A DNA stretch of 64,000 nucleotides from Bacteroidaceae bacterium (GTDB lineage Bacteria > Actinomycetota > Coriobacteriia > Coriobacteriales > Eggerthellaceae). Both the position numbers and the translations under genes were made by a program. The stretch is taken from contig CAVGRL010000006.1 of the NCBI GenBank assembly GCA_963631715.1, positions 6,794-70,793 on the forward strand. The letters run 5' to 3'. Positions 8,669 through 18,407 of this stretch are shown in pieces. The notes beneath the pieces were generated by a model. The model had not been told where the DNA came from. It saw only the letters and a program-made list of their open reading frames with translations, and searched no databases. The first letter of the stretch is position 1. Each line of letters begins with the position of its first letter.

Positions 8669-9577
8669 CTATCGCTCCTGCGGAATATGCCGACGAATCG
8701 CTTCGACGTACGCAGCCCCGTATATCGAACGCTGTGTGCCCTTACGCGCAACGAGCCCCACTTCCATGTATTCGTCGATATCGAGCGGAACAGACACGAT
8801 CGATGGGCCATTCAGCTCGGCGCTGATAACGCCCGAACATACCGTGTAGCCATCGAGGCCGATGAGCAAATTGAACAGCGTGGCCCGGTCGCGCACGCGA
8901 ATATTTTTCCGACGATCAAGCGTTGAGGTCAGTTCCTCGGAATAATAAAACGAGTTATAGCTTCCCTGTTCATATGACAAAAACGGGTAGTCGGCCATGT
9001 CGTCGATCGTCACCGAAGCCCGGTTGGCGAGCGGATGCTCCGAGCAGACGAACACATGCGGCTCGGCGCGAAACAACGGCTCGAACACGAGCTCATTTGC
9101 GGCAATCGTCTTTTCGATGACCTCGCGATTGCGCGCCGATAAATACAGCACGCCAAGTTCGCTTTTCATATGCGTCACATCTTCGATGATTTCGTGCGTT
9201 TGCTCTTCGCGCAACGTGAAATCGTAGCGCTCGGCATCGAATTCGCGAATCACATCGACGAACGCGTTCACCGCAAACGAATAGTGCTGGCACGAAACGC
9301 TGAAATGGGGCACCCTCTGGCTCGTTTTCTTGTACTTGCCTTCCAGCAGCTCAGCCTGATCGAGCACTTGCCGAGCGTAGCCCAGAAACGTTTCGCCCTC
9401 TTCGGTCACCACAACGCCCTTATTAGTTCGATCGAAGATATGAACGCCCATTTCACGCTCAAGATCGCGAATCGAACTCGTGACGGAAGGCTGCGACACA
9501 TACAGCCTGCGCGCCGCCTCGGTAACGCTGCCATATTCGGCGACGTTCACGGCATAGGTAAGCTGCTGAAGTTTCAT
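8669..9577 (-). CDS. LysR family transcriptional regulator
   Basis: 302 aa. N-terminal HTH MKLQQLTYAVNVAEYGSVTEAARRLYVSQPSVTSSIRDLE followed by a substrate-binding-domain-sized C-terminus. Confidence 0.9.
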   Translation of the reverse strand: MKLQQLTYAVNVAEYGSVTEAARRLYVSQPSVTSSIRDLEREMGVHIFDRTNKGVVVTEEGETFLGYARQVLDQAELLEGKYKKTSQRVPHFSVSCQHYSFAVNAFVDVIREFDAERYDFTLREEQTHEIIEDVTHMKSELGVLYLSARNREVIEKTIAANELVFEPLFRAEPHVFVCSEHPLANRASVTIDDMADYPFLSYEQGSYNSFYYSEELTSTLDRRKNIRVRDRATLFNLLIGLDGYTVCSGVISAELNGPSIVSVPLDIDEYMEVGLVARKGTQRSIYGAAYVEAIRRHIPQER

Positions 9578-9588
9578 GGGCGCCTCTC

Positions 9589-9672
9589 AAAAAAGTGGGT
9601 CAAAGGAACGGTCCCTTCGACCCACTTTACAGGAAAGCGAGAGCGGGTCAAAGGGCGTCGCCCCGACCCGCT
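9589..9672 (-). terminator. Two tandem hairpins downstream of the EF-G paralogue; the distal one is followed by a U-run
   Basis: Hairpin AGCGGGTC(9642-9649)/GACCCGCT(9665-9672). Hairpin AAAGTGGGTC(9592-9601)/GACCCACTTT(9619-9628), followed on the minus strand by TTTTTT (complement of 9589-9594). Confidence 0.6.
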
Positions 9673-9685
9673 TTCTTTGCCCCGA

Positions 9686-11761
9686 TTAATTACCGGCAGC
9701 GCGGCGTGCCTCGTATTCGGCGGCAAGCTTCTTTTGCACATCGGCGGGAACCTGCTCGTAGCCATCAAGCTCCACGGTATAGCTGCCCGACCCGCGCGAA
9801 ATGCTGCGCAAATCTTTCGTATAGCTCACGACCTCGGCATACGGAACGCGCACCATGATGACCGTTTCGCCGGCGTCGTTGGAATCGGTGCCTATGATGC
9901 GCCCGCGGCGCGTGGAAATATCGCCCATCACCGCACCTGCGAACTGCTCGCCCACGGCGATGCTCATCGTGGCCATGGGTTCAAGCACGACGGGCGATGC
10001 CTGTTCGCATGCCGCACGAAAGCCGATGCGCGCAGCCGTCTTGAAAGCCATTTCGTTGGAATCGACCGGGTGATACGACCCATCGAACACGGTGCACTTT
10101 ATATCGACCATGGGATAGCCGGCCACAACGCCTTCGAGCATGGCCTCTTGAACGCCCTTGTCAACAGCCGGAACTAGCCCGCCGGGAATTGCGCCGCCCT
10201 TAATCGCATCGACGAATTCGTAGCCTTCGCCGGGGTTTGGCTCAAGTCGCAGCCAACAATCGCCGAACTGCCCAGCACCGCCGGTTTGCTTTTTGTGGCG
10301 CCCTTCGGCTTCGGCCGCCTTGCGAATGGTTTCGCGATACGGTATTCGCACGTCAACCAACCGAGCCTCAACTTTTACCTGCTCGCGCAATCGATTGAGC
10401 AGGCAATCGACCTGGGCTTCGCCCATAGCGGTTATCACGGTTTGGTGGGTGTCTTCGCGCCGCTCGATGCGCACGGTCGGGTCGTTTTCGGCAACGCGTG
10501 CCAAAAACGTTCCCAGCTTGTCTTCCTCTTTCTTGTTCGCGGCCTCGATAGCGACCGGATATTGGGGAATCGGGAATGGCAACGGCGCGATGGCGATATT
10601 GCCCCGAGCGGAAAGCGTATCACCTGTGCGCGTTTCGGAAAGCTTCGGAACAACAATGATGTCGCCCGCCATGGCGCTTTTCACCGCAGTCGTCTCTTTG
10701 CCCTTCATCACGCACACATGCCCCAAACGCTCCTTCTTGCCCGTTCGGGCATTCTGGAGCTCAAGCCCCGGCACAACGGTTCCCGAAAGAACCTTGATGA
10801 AACTCAGGCGGCCGACATACGGGTCGGCCAGCGTCTTGAACACAAAGCCCGCAGGATCGCCCTCTTTCGTCACGAGCACTTCGCCGCCATCGGCGGTAAG
10901 AATGGGGCCATGGGCCGTGGGGTGCGGGAAATACGTGCAGATGTCTTCCATGAGGCCTTGAATTCCCTGCTTGACGATGGTCGACCCAACGAAAACGGGA
11001 ATGAAGAGCTCTTGGGCGATGGCTTTGTCGAGCAGGCCTTCGAGCTCGTCTTGCGTGAGCTGCTCTTCGCCGTCGAGGTACTTCATCATAAGCTCGTCGT
11101 CGGCCTCGGCGACAAGGTCGCACAGCTTGTCGCGCGCCACCTGCGCCTGGTCGAGGTATTCGTCGGGAATATCTTCCACGCGCTCGGCGTCGCCTTCGAA
11201 ATAGCGCGCTTTCATACGCAGCACATCGATAACGCCCTTGAAATCTTTGTCAACACCGATGGGGATGGTCACAACCCCCAAACGCGCGCCGAAGCGGGCA
11301 TGCAATGTCGCCATGATCACATCGAAATTCGCATGCTCGCGATCGATGTGGTTAATGAAAACCGACCGCGACAGACGCATGGTTTCGGCCTCGCGCCACA
11401 ATTTCGTCGTCATGACCTGTGGACCCTCGACGGCATCGACGACGAACATGGCCATTTCGGCAGCATGCATAGTGGCAAGCGTGTCGCCGATGAAGTCGGG
11501 GTGGCCCGAGGTATCGAGCAAGTTGATCTTATAATCTTTATACGGAATGGGCGCAATCGATGTGCCCATGGTGAATTTGCGCTTGATTTCCTCGGCATCG
11601 TAGTCGAGGTACGATTTTCCGTCGTGCGTCGTGCCCATGCGCGGCGTTTGGCCGGAAATATAAAGCATGGCCTCGGCCAGTGAAGTTTTGCCCGCACCAT
11701 CTTGTCCGACCAGCACGATGTTGCGGACATGCAACGTCTCGGGAGCTGCCATCGATACCAC
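9686..11761 (-). CDS. Elongation factor G paralogue (EF-G II-like) with divergent GTPase motifs
   Basis: 691 aa, full five-domain EF-G length. G1 GQDGAGKTS, G3 DTSGHPDF, G4 INHID. GTG start at 11761 lies 5 nt after AGGAAG. It is not in an str-operon context. Confidence 0.85.
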   Translation of the reverse strand: MVSMAAPETLHVRNIVLVGQDGAGKTSLAEAMLYISGQTPRMGTTHDGKSYLDYDAEEIKRKFTMGTSIAPIPYKDYKINLLDTSGHPDFIGDTLATMHAAEMAMFVVDAVEGPQVMTTKLWREAETMRLSRSVFINHIDREHANFDVIMATLHARFGARLGVVTIPIGVDKDFKGVIDVLRMKARYFEGDAERVEDIPDEYLDQAQVARDKLCDLVAEADDELMMKYLDGEEQLTQDELEGLLDKAIAQELFIPVFVGSTIVKQGIQGLMEDICTYFPHPTAHGPILTADGGEVLVTKEGDPAGFVFKTLADPYVGRLSFIKVLSGTVVPGLELQNARTGKKERLGHVCVMKGKETTAVKSAMAGDIIVVPKLSETRTGDTLSARGNIAIAPLPFPIPQYPVAIEAANKKEEDKLGTFLARVAENDPTVRIERREDTHQTVITAMGEAQVDCLLNRLREQVKVEARLVDVRIPYRETIRKAAEAEGRHKKQTGGAGQFGDCWLRLEPNPGEGYEFVDAIKGGAIPGGLVPAVDKGVQEAMLEGVVAGYPMVDIKCTVFDGSYHPVDSNEMAFKTAARIGFRAACEQASPVVLEPMATMSIAVGEQFAGAVMGDISTRRGRIIGTDSNDAGETVIMVRVPYAEVVSYTKDLRSISRGSGSYTVELDGYEQVPADVQKKLAAEYEARRAAGN

Positions 11762-11912
11762 CGTCTCTTCCTGGGTTATCCCCTACTCGCAGGTTAACGA
11801 TGCAATGAATGCTCCTTCAGTGTAACGCAGCAAAACCCCAGGAAAAACGGCCATTCCGAATTAAATCGCCACGCCCCCGGGCGTAGCGCTCGGCGCGGAA
11901 AACGAGCTTTCG

Positions 11913-12491
11913 CTATTCGCGGGGCTTCGGAGGCCACGGGCGCGCAAATTGCTCGCAAAAACGCCCATTCATACCCGAGCCGTCATGCAAACACCCATCG
12001 TTTGGCACCTCGAGCTGGCCCGCGAAATTGATGTTGAGCGCAGCCATGCGCCATTCCCCATCGCCCTCGCGAACCGCTTCGACCTCATAAAAGCCAAACG
12101 ACAGGCAATCAAGGGCGTCAGCAGCGTTGTAGGAGTCCCACGCCTGAAACGCCGCATGGACCAAAGCCTTGTCGGCATTGACGAAATGGACCTGCTGCGA
12201 CCCTATAAGGTGAGACGACGTGCGCATGGCCGGAAGCAACTTACCGTAGAGCCGGGCGATGCGGGCACGCCCCGCAAGAGCAGGCATGCCGGGGTTGCAC
12301 ATCTGCCCATCTTCGGTGAACGCGGCCGCAACGCCCTCGGCGTCTTGCGTATCGACGCACCGAGCGTAATGCGCCAAAAGCTCCTCTATGCGAACGCGGT
12401 CTTCCATGCGGGCTATGCGCGATTCAAGCGAAGCGCCCTCCATTTCGCCATCGAGCGCCGTGCCCATTGCTCCTTGCTCCACAATTTTCAT
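11913..12491 (-). CDS. SnoaL-like / NTF2-fold family protein
   Basis: From ATG 12491 (AAAGGG upstream): RIEELLAHYARCVDTQDAEGVAAAFTEDG..., typical of SnoaL_4/NTF2-like proteins. The N-terminal 75 aa of the track ORF are Cys/Arg-rich and look non-coding. Confidence 0.6.
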   Translation of the reverse strand: MKIVEQGAMGTALDGEMEGASLESRIARMEDRVRIEELLAHYARCVDTQDAEGVAAAFTEDGQMCNPGMPALAGRARIARLYGKLLPAMRTSSHLIGSQQVHFVNADKALVHAAFQAWDSYNAADALDCLSFGFYEVEAVREGDGEWRMAALNINFAGQLEVPNDGCLHDGSGMNGRFCEQFARPWPPKPRE

Positions 12492-12829
12492 GATCGCCCT
12501 TTCTAAACGCATGTTCTTTCCGCAATCGAACAGCACATTTCGTGCCATCCATCGACACAACCTCGACCCTCGCCCGCGAGCGGCTATACTTGGCCAAAGA
12601 CTTCGGGCCTTAGGTTGCGGAAAGCGAGCGCCCAGGAAGACGCAGTCAAAACCACCTTGCCCCGCGCAAAGACAGCAAGCGCATTGAAGGTACCCTTGCA
12701 ACCGCCACGAACACAAGGGGCGAAAGCCTTCACGCGCCGTTGTTTAGGCGCCGAAAGCAGGGGGGGGCGATTGCGCCTTTTGGGCACTGCAGCGAGGCGC
12801 AACGGCCGCCCGCCGACCAAGGAAGTGCC

Positions 12830-14140
12830 ATGACCCAATCATATTCCACCCAGATGGAAGCCGCCAAACAAGGCATCATTACCCCGCAGATGGCCCATGT
12901 CGCCGAAGACGAGGGAATCGATGCCGATATCATCCGCGATCGCGTTGCGCGCGGAACCATCGCCATTCCGGCCAACCATAACCATCCTGCCCTCGTTGCC
13001 CGCGGCGTAGGCGAAGGGCTCAGGACGAAAATCAACGTGAACTTGGGAATCTCGGGCGATGAGCACGATTACGACTGCGAGATGCAGAAGGTCAAAACGG
13101 CGCTCGAATTCGACGCCGAAGCCATCATGGACCTGTCCAATTACGGCAAAACGCACGATTTCCGCCGCGCGCTTATCGACATGTCGCCGGCAATGATCGG
13201 CACCGTTCCCATGTACGATGCCGTAGGCTACCTGGAAAAAGACCTCGCACACATCTCTGCCCAAGACTTTTTGGATGTGGTGCGCGCCCATGCCGAAGAG
13301 GGCGTCGATTTCGTCACCATCCATGCGGGACTCAACCGAAAATCGATCGACAGCTTCAAGCGCAGTGGACGCATGATGAACATCGTGAGCCGCGGCGGAA
13401 GCCTCATTTACGCTTGGATGGAAATGACCGGGAACGAAAATCCGTTTTTCGAGCACTTCGACGAGCTGTTGGATATTCTCTACGAACACGACGTCACCAT
13501 TTCGCTTGGCGATGCGCTGCGCCCGGGCTGCGTGAGCGATTCGACCGACGCGGGACAGGTCAGCGAGCTGATCGAACTGGGCATCCTCACCAAGCGCGCA
13601 TGGGAGCGCAACGTGCAGGTCATGATCGAAGGCCCCGGGCACATGGCGATGAACGAAATCGCCGCGAACATGCAGATTGAAAAGCGCCTGTGCCACAACG
13701 CGCCGTTTTACGTGCTCGGCCCGCTGGTGACCGACATTGCACCGGGCTACGACCATATCACTTCGGCGATCGGCGGAGCGATTGCCGCCGCGAACGGGGC
13801 CGATTTTCTTTGCTACGTGACCCCGGCCGAGCACCTGCGCCTTCCCAGCGTACAAGATGTGCGCGAGGGCATCATCGCCTCGAAGATCGCCGCTCATGCA
13901 GCCGATTTGGCAAACGGCGTGCCCGGCGCGCGCGACTGGGACGACCGCATGGCGCGCGCACGGCAGCGCCTCGACTGGAATGCCATGTTCGACGAGGCGA
14001 TTGACCGCAAAAAAGCCGAGGAATACGTCGCATCGACCAACCCGCACGACCCGAGCACATGCACCATGTGCGGAGCAATGTGCTCGGTACGAACCATGAA
14101 CAAGGCGATGAGGGGTGAAAACGTCAGCCTTTTGCCATAA
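12830..14140 (+). CDS. thiC: Phosphomethylpyrimidine synthase ThiC (short anaerobe-type radical SAM enzyme; a BzaF-like paralogue cannot be excluded)
   Basis: From ATG 12830 (AAGGAAG 6 nt upstream): [21 protein letters not shown]..., conserved core, and C-terminal Cys cluster CTMCGAMC. Confidence 0.85.
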   Translation: MTQSYSTQMEAAKQGIITPQMAHVAEDEGIDADIIRDRVARGTIAIPANHNHPALVARGVGEGLRTKINVNLGISGDEHDYDCEMQKVKTALEFDAEAIMDLSNYGKTHDFRRALIDMSPAMIGTVPMYDAVGYLEKDLAHISAQDFLDVVRAHAEEGVDFVTIHAGLNRKSIDSFKRSGRMMNIVSRGGSLIYAWMEMTGNENPFFEHFDELLDILYEHDVTISLGDALRPGCVSDSTDAGQVSELIELGILTKRAWERNVQVMIEGPGHMAMNEIAANMQIEKRLCHNAPFYVLGPLVTDIAPGYDHITSAIGGAIAAANGADFLCYVTPAEHLRLPSVQDVREGIIASKIAAHAADLANGVPGARDWDDRMARARQRLDWNAMFDEAIDRKKAEEYVASTNPHDPSTCTMCGAMCSVRTMNKAMRGENVSLLP

Positions 14141-14236
14141 CGCAGCCGCGCTCGATTTCAACGAACGAACGCCTTGGTTTTTGAGCTATAAGCCCCTGCG
14201 CACTTTTGGCCCGTATGTGAAACTGGGACAGCTTCC

Positions 14237-14274
14237 TGGGACAATTTCCCAAGAGGCAACTGTCCCAATTTTTT
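14237..14274 (+). terminator. Putative terminator after thiC
   Basis: TGGGACA (14237-14243) pairs with TGTCCCA (14261-14267) across a 17-nt loop, followed by ATTTTTT. Confidence 0.5.
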
Positions 14275-14309
14275 GCCCATATGCCTGGTTTCCTCCGATT
14301 GGATGCGTT

Positions 14310-14340
14310 AAAAAAGCTCGCCTGATGGCGAGCTTTTTTC
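14310..14340. terminator. Bidirectional intrinsic terminator
   Basis: AAAAA-AGCTCGCC-TGAT-GGCGAGCT-TTTTTT, a perfect 8-bp stem between convergent thiC and the zinc-ribbon membrane protein gene. Confidence 0.75.
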
Positions 14341-14369
14341 GATTCGCGAGACGTCGATTCGACTTCCGC

Positions 14370-15737
14370 CTACAACACGTCCTTTGCGTAAGCAGCCGAG
14401 TTTTCCTGGTACTCCTGCCAGTTTTGCGGCTGGAACTCTTCGAAAATGTAGCCCATGGCGCGCATCGAAACGATTTCCGATGCGACGAGCACGAAAAATA
14501 TCGCATAGAGGAACACGAGAAGGACAATCACGCCGAAAAAGCCCAGGTAGCCCAAGACCCACATTGACGAACCGTTAATGAGCATGGGGCCACCATAATG
14601 AGCCATGGATCCAATCGCCCCCACAAGCCCGAACAGCATGGCAAACAAGAAAATGAGCACCAGCGCAACAAGAAGCGCGATAAGGCCGGGAACAAATGCA
14701 GCAATGAGGATTTTGCCGAACTTCTTGCTGCTAAACAGCTCCTCGAACACTTTGCCGAAAGCAAAGCCATCCCTCACGCGAGAGCAAATAACGGCGCGCA
14801 TTTGCATGACGGCCGAAGTGGGAACATACAGCACGGTAAGCGCCAGAAAAACGAGCATCGTAATGATGTCGGGCATTCTCATCGCATCGAAAAGGACCGA
14901 GATGATGAAATACGCGGCGAAGAATACGAGGCCGACGAGGAACGACACCACATAGGAATAGAGGCCCGAATCGAGCACGCCTGGTCGAATGAGCTTTTCG
15001 GGCATAGGGCTCTTTCTGCCAAGCGCGGCATCTTTCGCCCAATGGCACGAATAGCCCGAGATAATGAGTTCGTTGGCGCCCGGCAAAAACATCGCGAGCG
15101 CAAGTTTCAGCAGCGTGGAGAACTTCTTCGGCGCGGCGGCGAAATCGGCCCAAGCTTTTCCGAGCGGGCCTTTTTCAGGCTGCGCATACGGCGCCGCATA
15201 ATACTGCTGTTGGCCATAAGGTTGCTGAGCGCAGGGCTGCTGCGGGGGCACCTGTTGCGCATTTGCATAGGCGGTCGCGCTGTTGAAATCGGACATGGGG
15301 GCGGCTGCGGGCGCGGGAGCTGCTGCAGGGGCGGCCGCTTCGCTCGAATGCGTTGCGACGGTCGCCTCTGCGGGCTCGCTTGCCTGGGTTTCGGCTGAAC
15401 CCTGATCAGCATCGGCCTTCAGGGCTTCAGCCGAGCCCTGACACATATCGTCATTTTTGACTTCGGCAGAATCGCTGACCCCGGGCTGCGCTGGCGCTTC
15501 GGCTACAGCCTCGCTTTCCGTAGGCTCAGCGTTCTTTTGATCGGCAGCGCCTTCGCCCGCTTCAGCTTCGGGCTCCGCAACAGCGCCGTCGGCCTCCACC
15601 GCGGCGACCTCGTTTTCGTTAGGCGGCTGTGCTTGCGTGGCGGGCTCGGTACTCTCGCTCGTAAGCTTCGTTCCGCAATTCCCGCAAAACGCATCGCTGT
15701 CGCCAACGGGCGATCCGCATTGTTGACAAAACGCCAT
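14370..15737 (-). CDS. Zinc-ribbon domain membrane protein (Ala/Pro/Glu-rich linker, multi-TM C-terminal domain)
   Basis: N-terminus MAFCQQCGSPVGDSDAFCGNCGTKL (CxxC...CxxC). A long low-complexity acidic region is followed by several hydrophobic helices. Confidence 0.6.
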   Translation of the reverse strand: MAFCQQCGSPVGDSDAFCGNCGTKLTSESTEPATQAQPPNENEVAAVEADGAVAEPEAEAGEGAADQKNAEPTESEAVAEAPAQPGVSDSAEVKNDDMCQGSAEALKADADQGSAETQASEPAEATVATHSSEAAAPAAAPAPAAAPMSDFNSATAYANAQQVPPQQPCAQQPYGQQQYYAAPYAQPEKGPLGKAWADFAAAPKKFSTLLKLALAMFLPGANELIISGYSCHWAKDAALGRKSPMPEKLIRPGVLDSGLYSYVVSFLVGLVFFAAYFIISVLFDAMRMPDIITMLVFLALTVLYVPTSAVMQMRAVICSRVRDGFAFGKVFEELFSSKKFGKILIAAFVPGLIALLVALVLIFLFAMLFGLVGAIGSMAHYGGPMLINGSSMWVLGYLGFFGVIVLLVFLYAIFFVLVASEIVSMRAMGYIFEEFQPQNWQEYQENSAAYAKDVL

Positions 15738-15944
15738 GGTTCCTTCTTCCTGTCTGGCAATTTTTTGCAGTGCTGTTACTTGCTATGGTATCGCATCAAG
15801 CAGCGTTTCTTGCCTTGCTTCGTCCCTCACTTAACGGCAGTTGAAAAACCGCTTCCTTTTTGATCCTCAATCGTCGCTTTATGCCTTACGAAGCACCAGC
15901 TAACGATATAAAACGAGCTCCTTCGCGCCGAACCCGGCACTCCC

Positions 15945-16853
15945 TTAAAACCAATCGCGCTTGCCGCAGACGTAAATTTGGTCGAACTCTGCTTGGCTTT
16001 TCGTGAGGTAAATCACGCCTTCGATAAGACCGATGAGCCACACCACGCTCGCCGCAATGCCGAACGTAAAGATGCCACCCAATATGGTGACGCCTAGCAA
16101 AATAAAGCCAGCCGTGTTGTATCCCAGGTAAAACTTGTGTACGCCAAAAACCCCTAGGAAGATCGCGAGCAAGCCGGCAGCCACATGATCTTTCGCCGGC
16201 GTATAGCTTTGCTGATATTGCCCCTGATAGCCGCCCTGCGAAGCCCCCATATTTTGGTAATAAGCGGCCTGACCGGGCTGCTGGGCATATGGCTGGGCTG
16301 ACTGGGCGTGCTCGTTTTCCCGCTGCGCCGCCGAATACGGACCGCCGGGCGCCCCTTGCAAAGGCGGGGCAGGCTGCGGGGGCTTCGATTGGGGCATAAA
16401 GTCTTCGACGGCGGCCGCGATATAGGCCTCATCGAACTTTGGATCCTCATCATCGGCAACACGCTCGGAAGGGCGAGATGCGCCGCCGGGCTCCGATGAT
16501 TTTGCGGCAGCATCGTTTGCGCCGCTTGCTGGGGAAACGGCAGAGGGTTTCTGCGAAGGCTGCGCGGAAGCGGCGCAAGCCGAACTATCGACCTTGGAAG
16601 CCTGCTCCGCGGCATCTTCGCTCGAAGAACCGGAAGTATTCGCCGTTTGCTGCACGCCCTCTGCGCAAACATCGCCCGTCATATCGCACGCGAAACCAGA
16701 AACACCCGTCGATGAATCCTGTTTTTCAGAATTGCCCTGAGCCTCCTGAGTGCTCAGCTCTTCAAGCCGTTTGCTCATTCGCTCCATTTGACGCCGCAGC
16801 TCGGCGATTTCCTCGGAACGAGAGAGTTTCGCCTCTTTCGCTTCTTCGGCCAC
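15945..16853 (-). CDS. TM2 domain-containing membrane protein with N-terminal coiled-coil/low-complexity region
   Basis: C-terminus HVAAGLLAIFLGVFGVHKFYLGY...GIAASVVWLIGLIEG is a TM2 domain. GTG 16853 lies 6 nt after GGAAGGGG. The ATG at 16883 given in the track lacks an SD. Confidence 0.65.
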   Translation of the reverse strand: MAEEAKEAKLSRSEEIAELRRQMERMSKRLEELSTQEAQGNSEKQDSSTGVSGFACDMTGDVCAEGVQQTANTSGSSSEDAAEQASKVDSSACAASAQPSQKPSAVSPASGANDAAAKSSEPGGASRPSERVADDEDPKFDEAYIAAAVEDFMPQSKPPQPAPPLQGAPGGPYSAAQRENEHAQSAQPYAQQPGQAAYYQNMGASQGGYQGQYQQSYTPAKDHVAAGLLAIFLGVFGVHKFYLGYNTAGFILLGVTILGGIFTFGIAASVVWLIGLIEGVIYLTKSQAEFDQIYVCGKRDWF

Positions 16854-16920
16854 AAACGACCCCTTCCAACAAAGCTGGCCCATCCAGCCATTCGTTTCTT
16901 ACTGGAGCCATGGTACAACG

Positions 16921-16947
16921 AAAAAAGCGGCGGCCTAAAGCCGCCGC
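16921..16947 (-). terminator. Intrinsic terminator after the MFS transporter gene
   Basis: GCGGCGGC (16927-16934) / GCCGCCGC (16940-16947) with a 5-nt loop. TTTTTT follows on the minus strand (A-run 16921-16926). Confidence 0.7.
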
Positions 16948-16994
16948 CTACCTGTTGAGCGAGCGTTAGATTGTTGTCAGATTCGCACCACGGA

Positions 16995-18221
16995 TTATTT
17001 CTCGGGGACTTTCGCCATAAGAATGAAGCCCACCACGAAAAGCACGGCAACGCTCAGCACGCCAATCGAGGATTCCCCCGTAAGCTGCGTGAACACGCTC
17101 ACGAGCAACGTGCCAAGCACCGTGGCGTATTTTCCGAAGATGTCGAAAAAGCCGTAGTACTCGTTGGCGTGCTCTTTGGGAATGAGCTTGCCGAATTCGC
17201 TGCGCGAGAGAGCCTGAATGCCGCCCTGGAACAAGCCGACGCAAATGGCAAGCACCCAAAACTCAGTTGAAGACCGCAAAAAGAACGCCGCGAACAACGT
17301 GATGCAGAAATACGCGAAAATCGCGACGAGCAGCATGCGCTTCGTGCCGAATTTGCCTGCCAGACGCCCGTAGGCGATGGCTGAGGGAAACGCCACGAAC
17401 TGGGTCACGAGCAGTGCAAGCACGAGCTGGGTAGAGCCAATGCCCAAATCGGTGCCGTAGCTCGTGGACATCGTGATGATGGTATGCACGCCATCGATGT
17501 AGAAAAAGAAGGCGAGCATGAACATAAACACGCGCTTATCGGCGAAGATGCGCTTTGCCGTGCCCCATAGCCCTACGAGGGAGTCCCTGAAGAGGTGCTC
17601 GGTGCGCTCCTTGTAATGGGTCTGATGAACGTTGCGCAGCATAGGGACGCTGAAAGCAAGCCACCACAAAGCGGTAATCACGAACGAAATGCGAATGCCG
17701 TCAAGTTGGTTTACGCCGATACCCTCGCCAAACAAAACGAGGACCAGACACGCGATGAACGGCACGCACGAGCCGATATAACCCCAAGCGTAGCCTTGGG
17801 AAGAGACCTCATCGTAGCGATCTTCGGAATCGGTCGCATCGACGAGAAACGCGTCATAGAACACCAGCGAACCGTTCAGCATGATGGAGGCGACCACATA
17901 CATGACCAAAAACACCATGGCGTTGCCCGGAATGCCCAAGCATGCAAGCAAAACGCCGCCCGTTCCAATGGTGCCGATGAGCAGCTTCTTCTTATTGCCC
18001 TTCAGATCGGCGATGCTTCCCAAAAACGGCATGAGCAACGCAAGCACGAGCGAGGCGACCGTAGTGGCGTAGCCCCAAGCAACGACCACCGACGAATTCG
18101 GATCGGCTATAGCCGAAAAGTAAATGGGAATGAGTGTTGAGGCGAGCAGCACGAATGCGGAATTGCCCACGTCATAGGCGATCCAGCTCTTTTCGCGCTT
18201 CGTTAATTTCATTGAAGCCAT
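16995..18221 (-). CDS. MFS transporter (UMF1/Atg22-like family)
   Basis: About 12 hydrophobic segments. N-terminus KREKSWIAYDVGNSAF is typical of this MFS subfamily. ATG 18221 lies 5 nt after AGAAGGA. Confidence 0.8.
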   Translation of the reverse strand: MASMKLTKREKSWIAYDVGNSAFVLLASTLIPIYFSAIADPNSSVVVAWGYATTVASLVLALLMPFLGSIADLKGNKKKLLIGTIGTGGVLLACLGIPGNAMVFLVMYVVASIMLNGSLVFYDAFLVDATDSEDRYDEVSSQGYAWGYIGSCVPFIACLVLVLFGEGIGVNQLDGIRISFVITALWWLAFSVPMLRNVHQTHYKERTEHLFRDSLVGLWGTAKRIFADKRVFMFMLAFFFYIDGVHTIITMSTSYGTDLGIGSTQLVLALLVTQFVAFPSAIAYGRLAGKFGTKRMLLVAIFAYFCITLFAAFFLRSSTEFWVLAICVGLFQGGIQALSRSEFGKLIPKEHANEYYGFFDIFGKYATVLGTLLVSVFTQLTGESSIGVLSVAVLFVVGFILMAKVPEK

Positions 18222-18407
18222 GCAAGTCCTTCTAAACGGGAGGGCGCCCAAAATGACAAACTCGGTAAAGTTGCGGACGCGGCGAAAAAACGCCTCGACG
18301 ATTGTATATCATGGGGGCCGCGGCGCATCGCAAGCTCCCGCCATAGAGTGTCAATTCGCCGTAAAACGCAACAAACCAGCACGTCGCTTACAAAAAAGGA
18401 GGCCATC

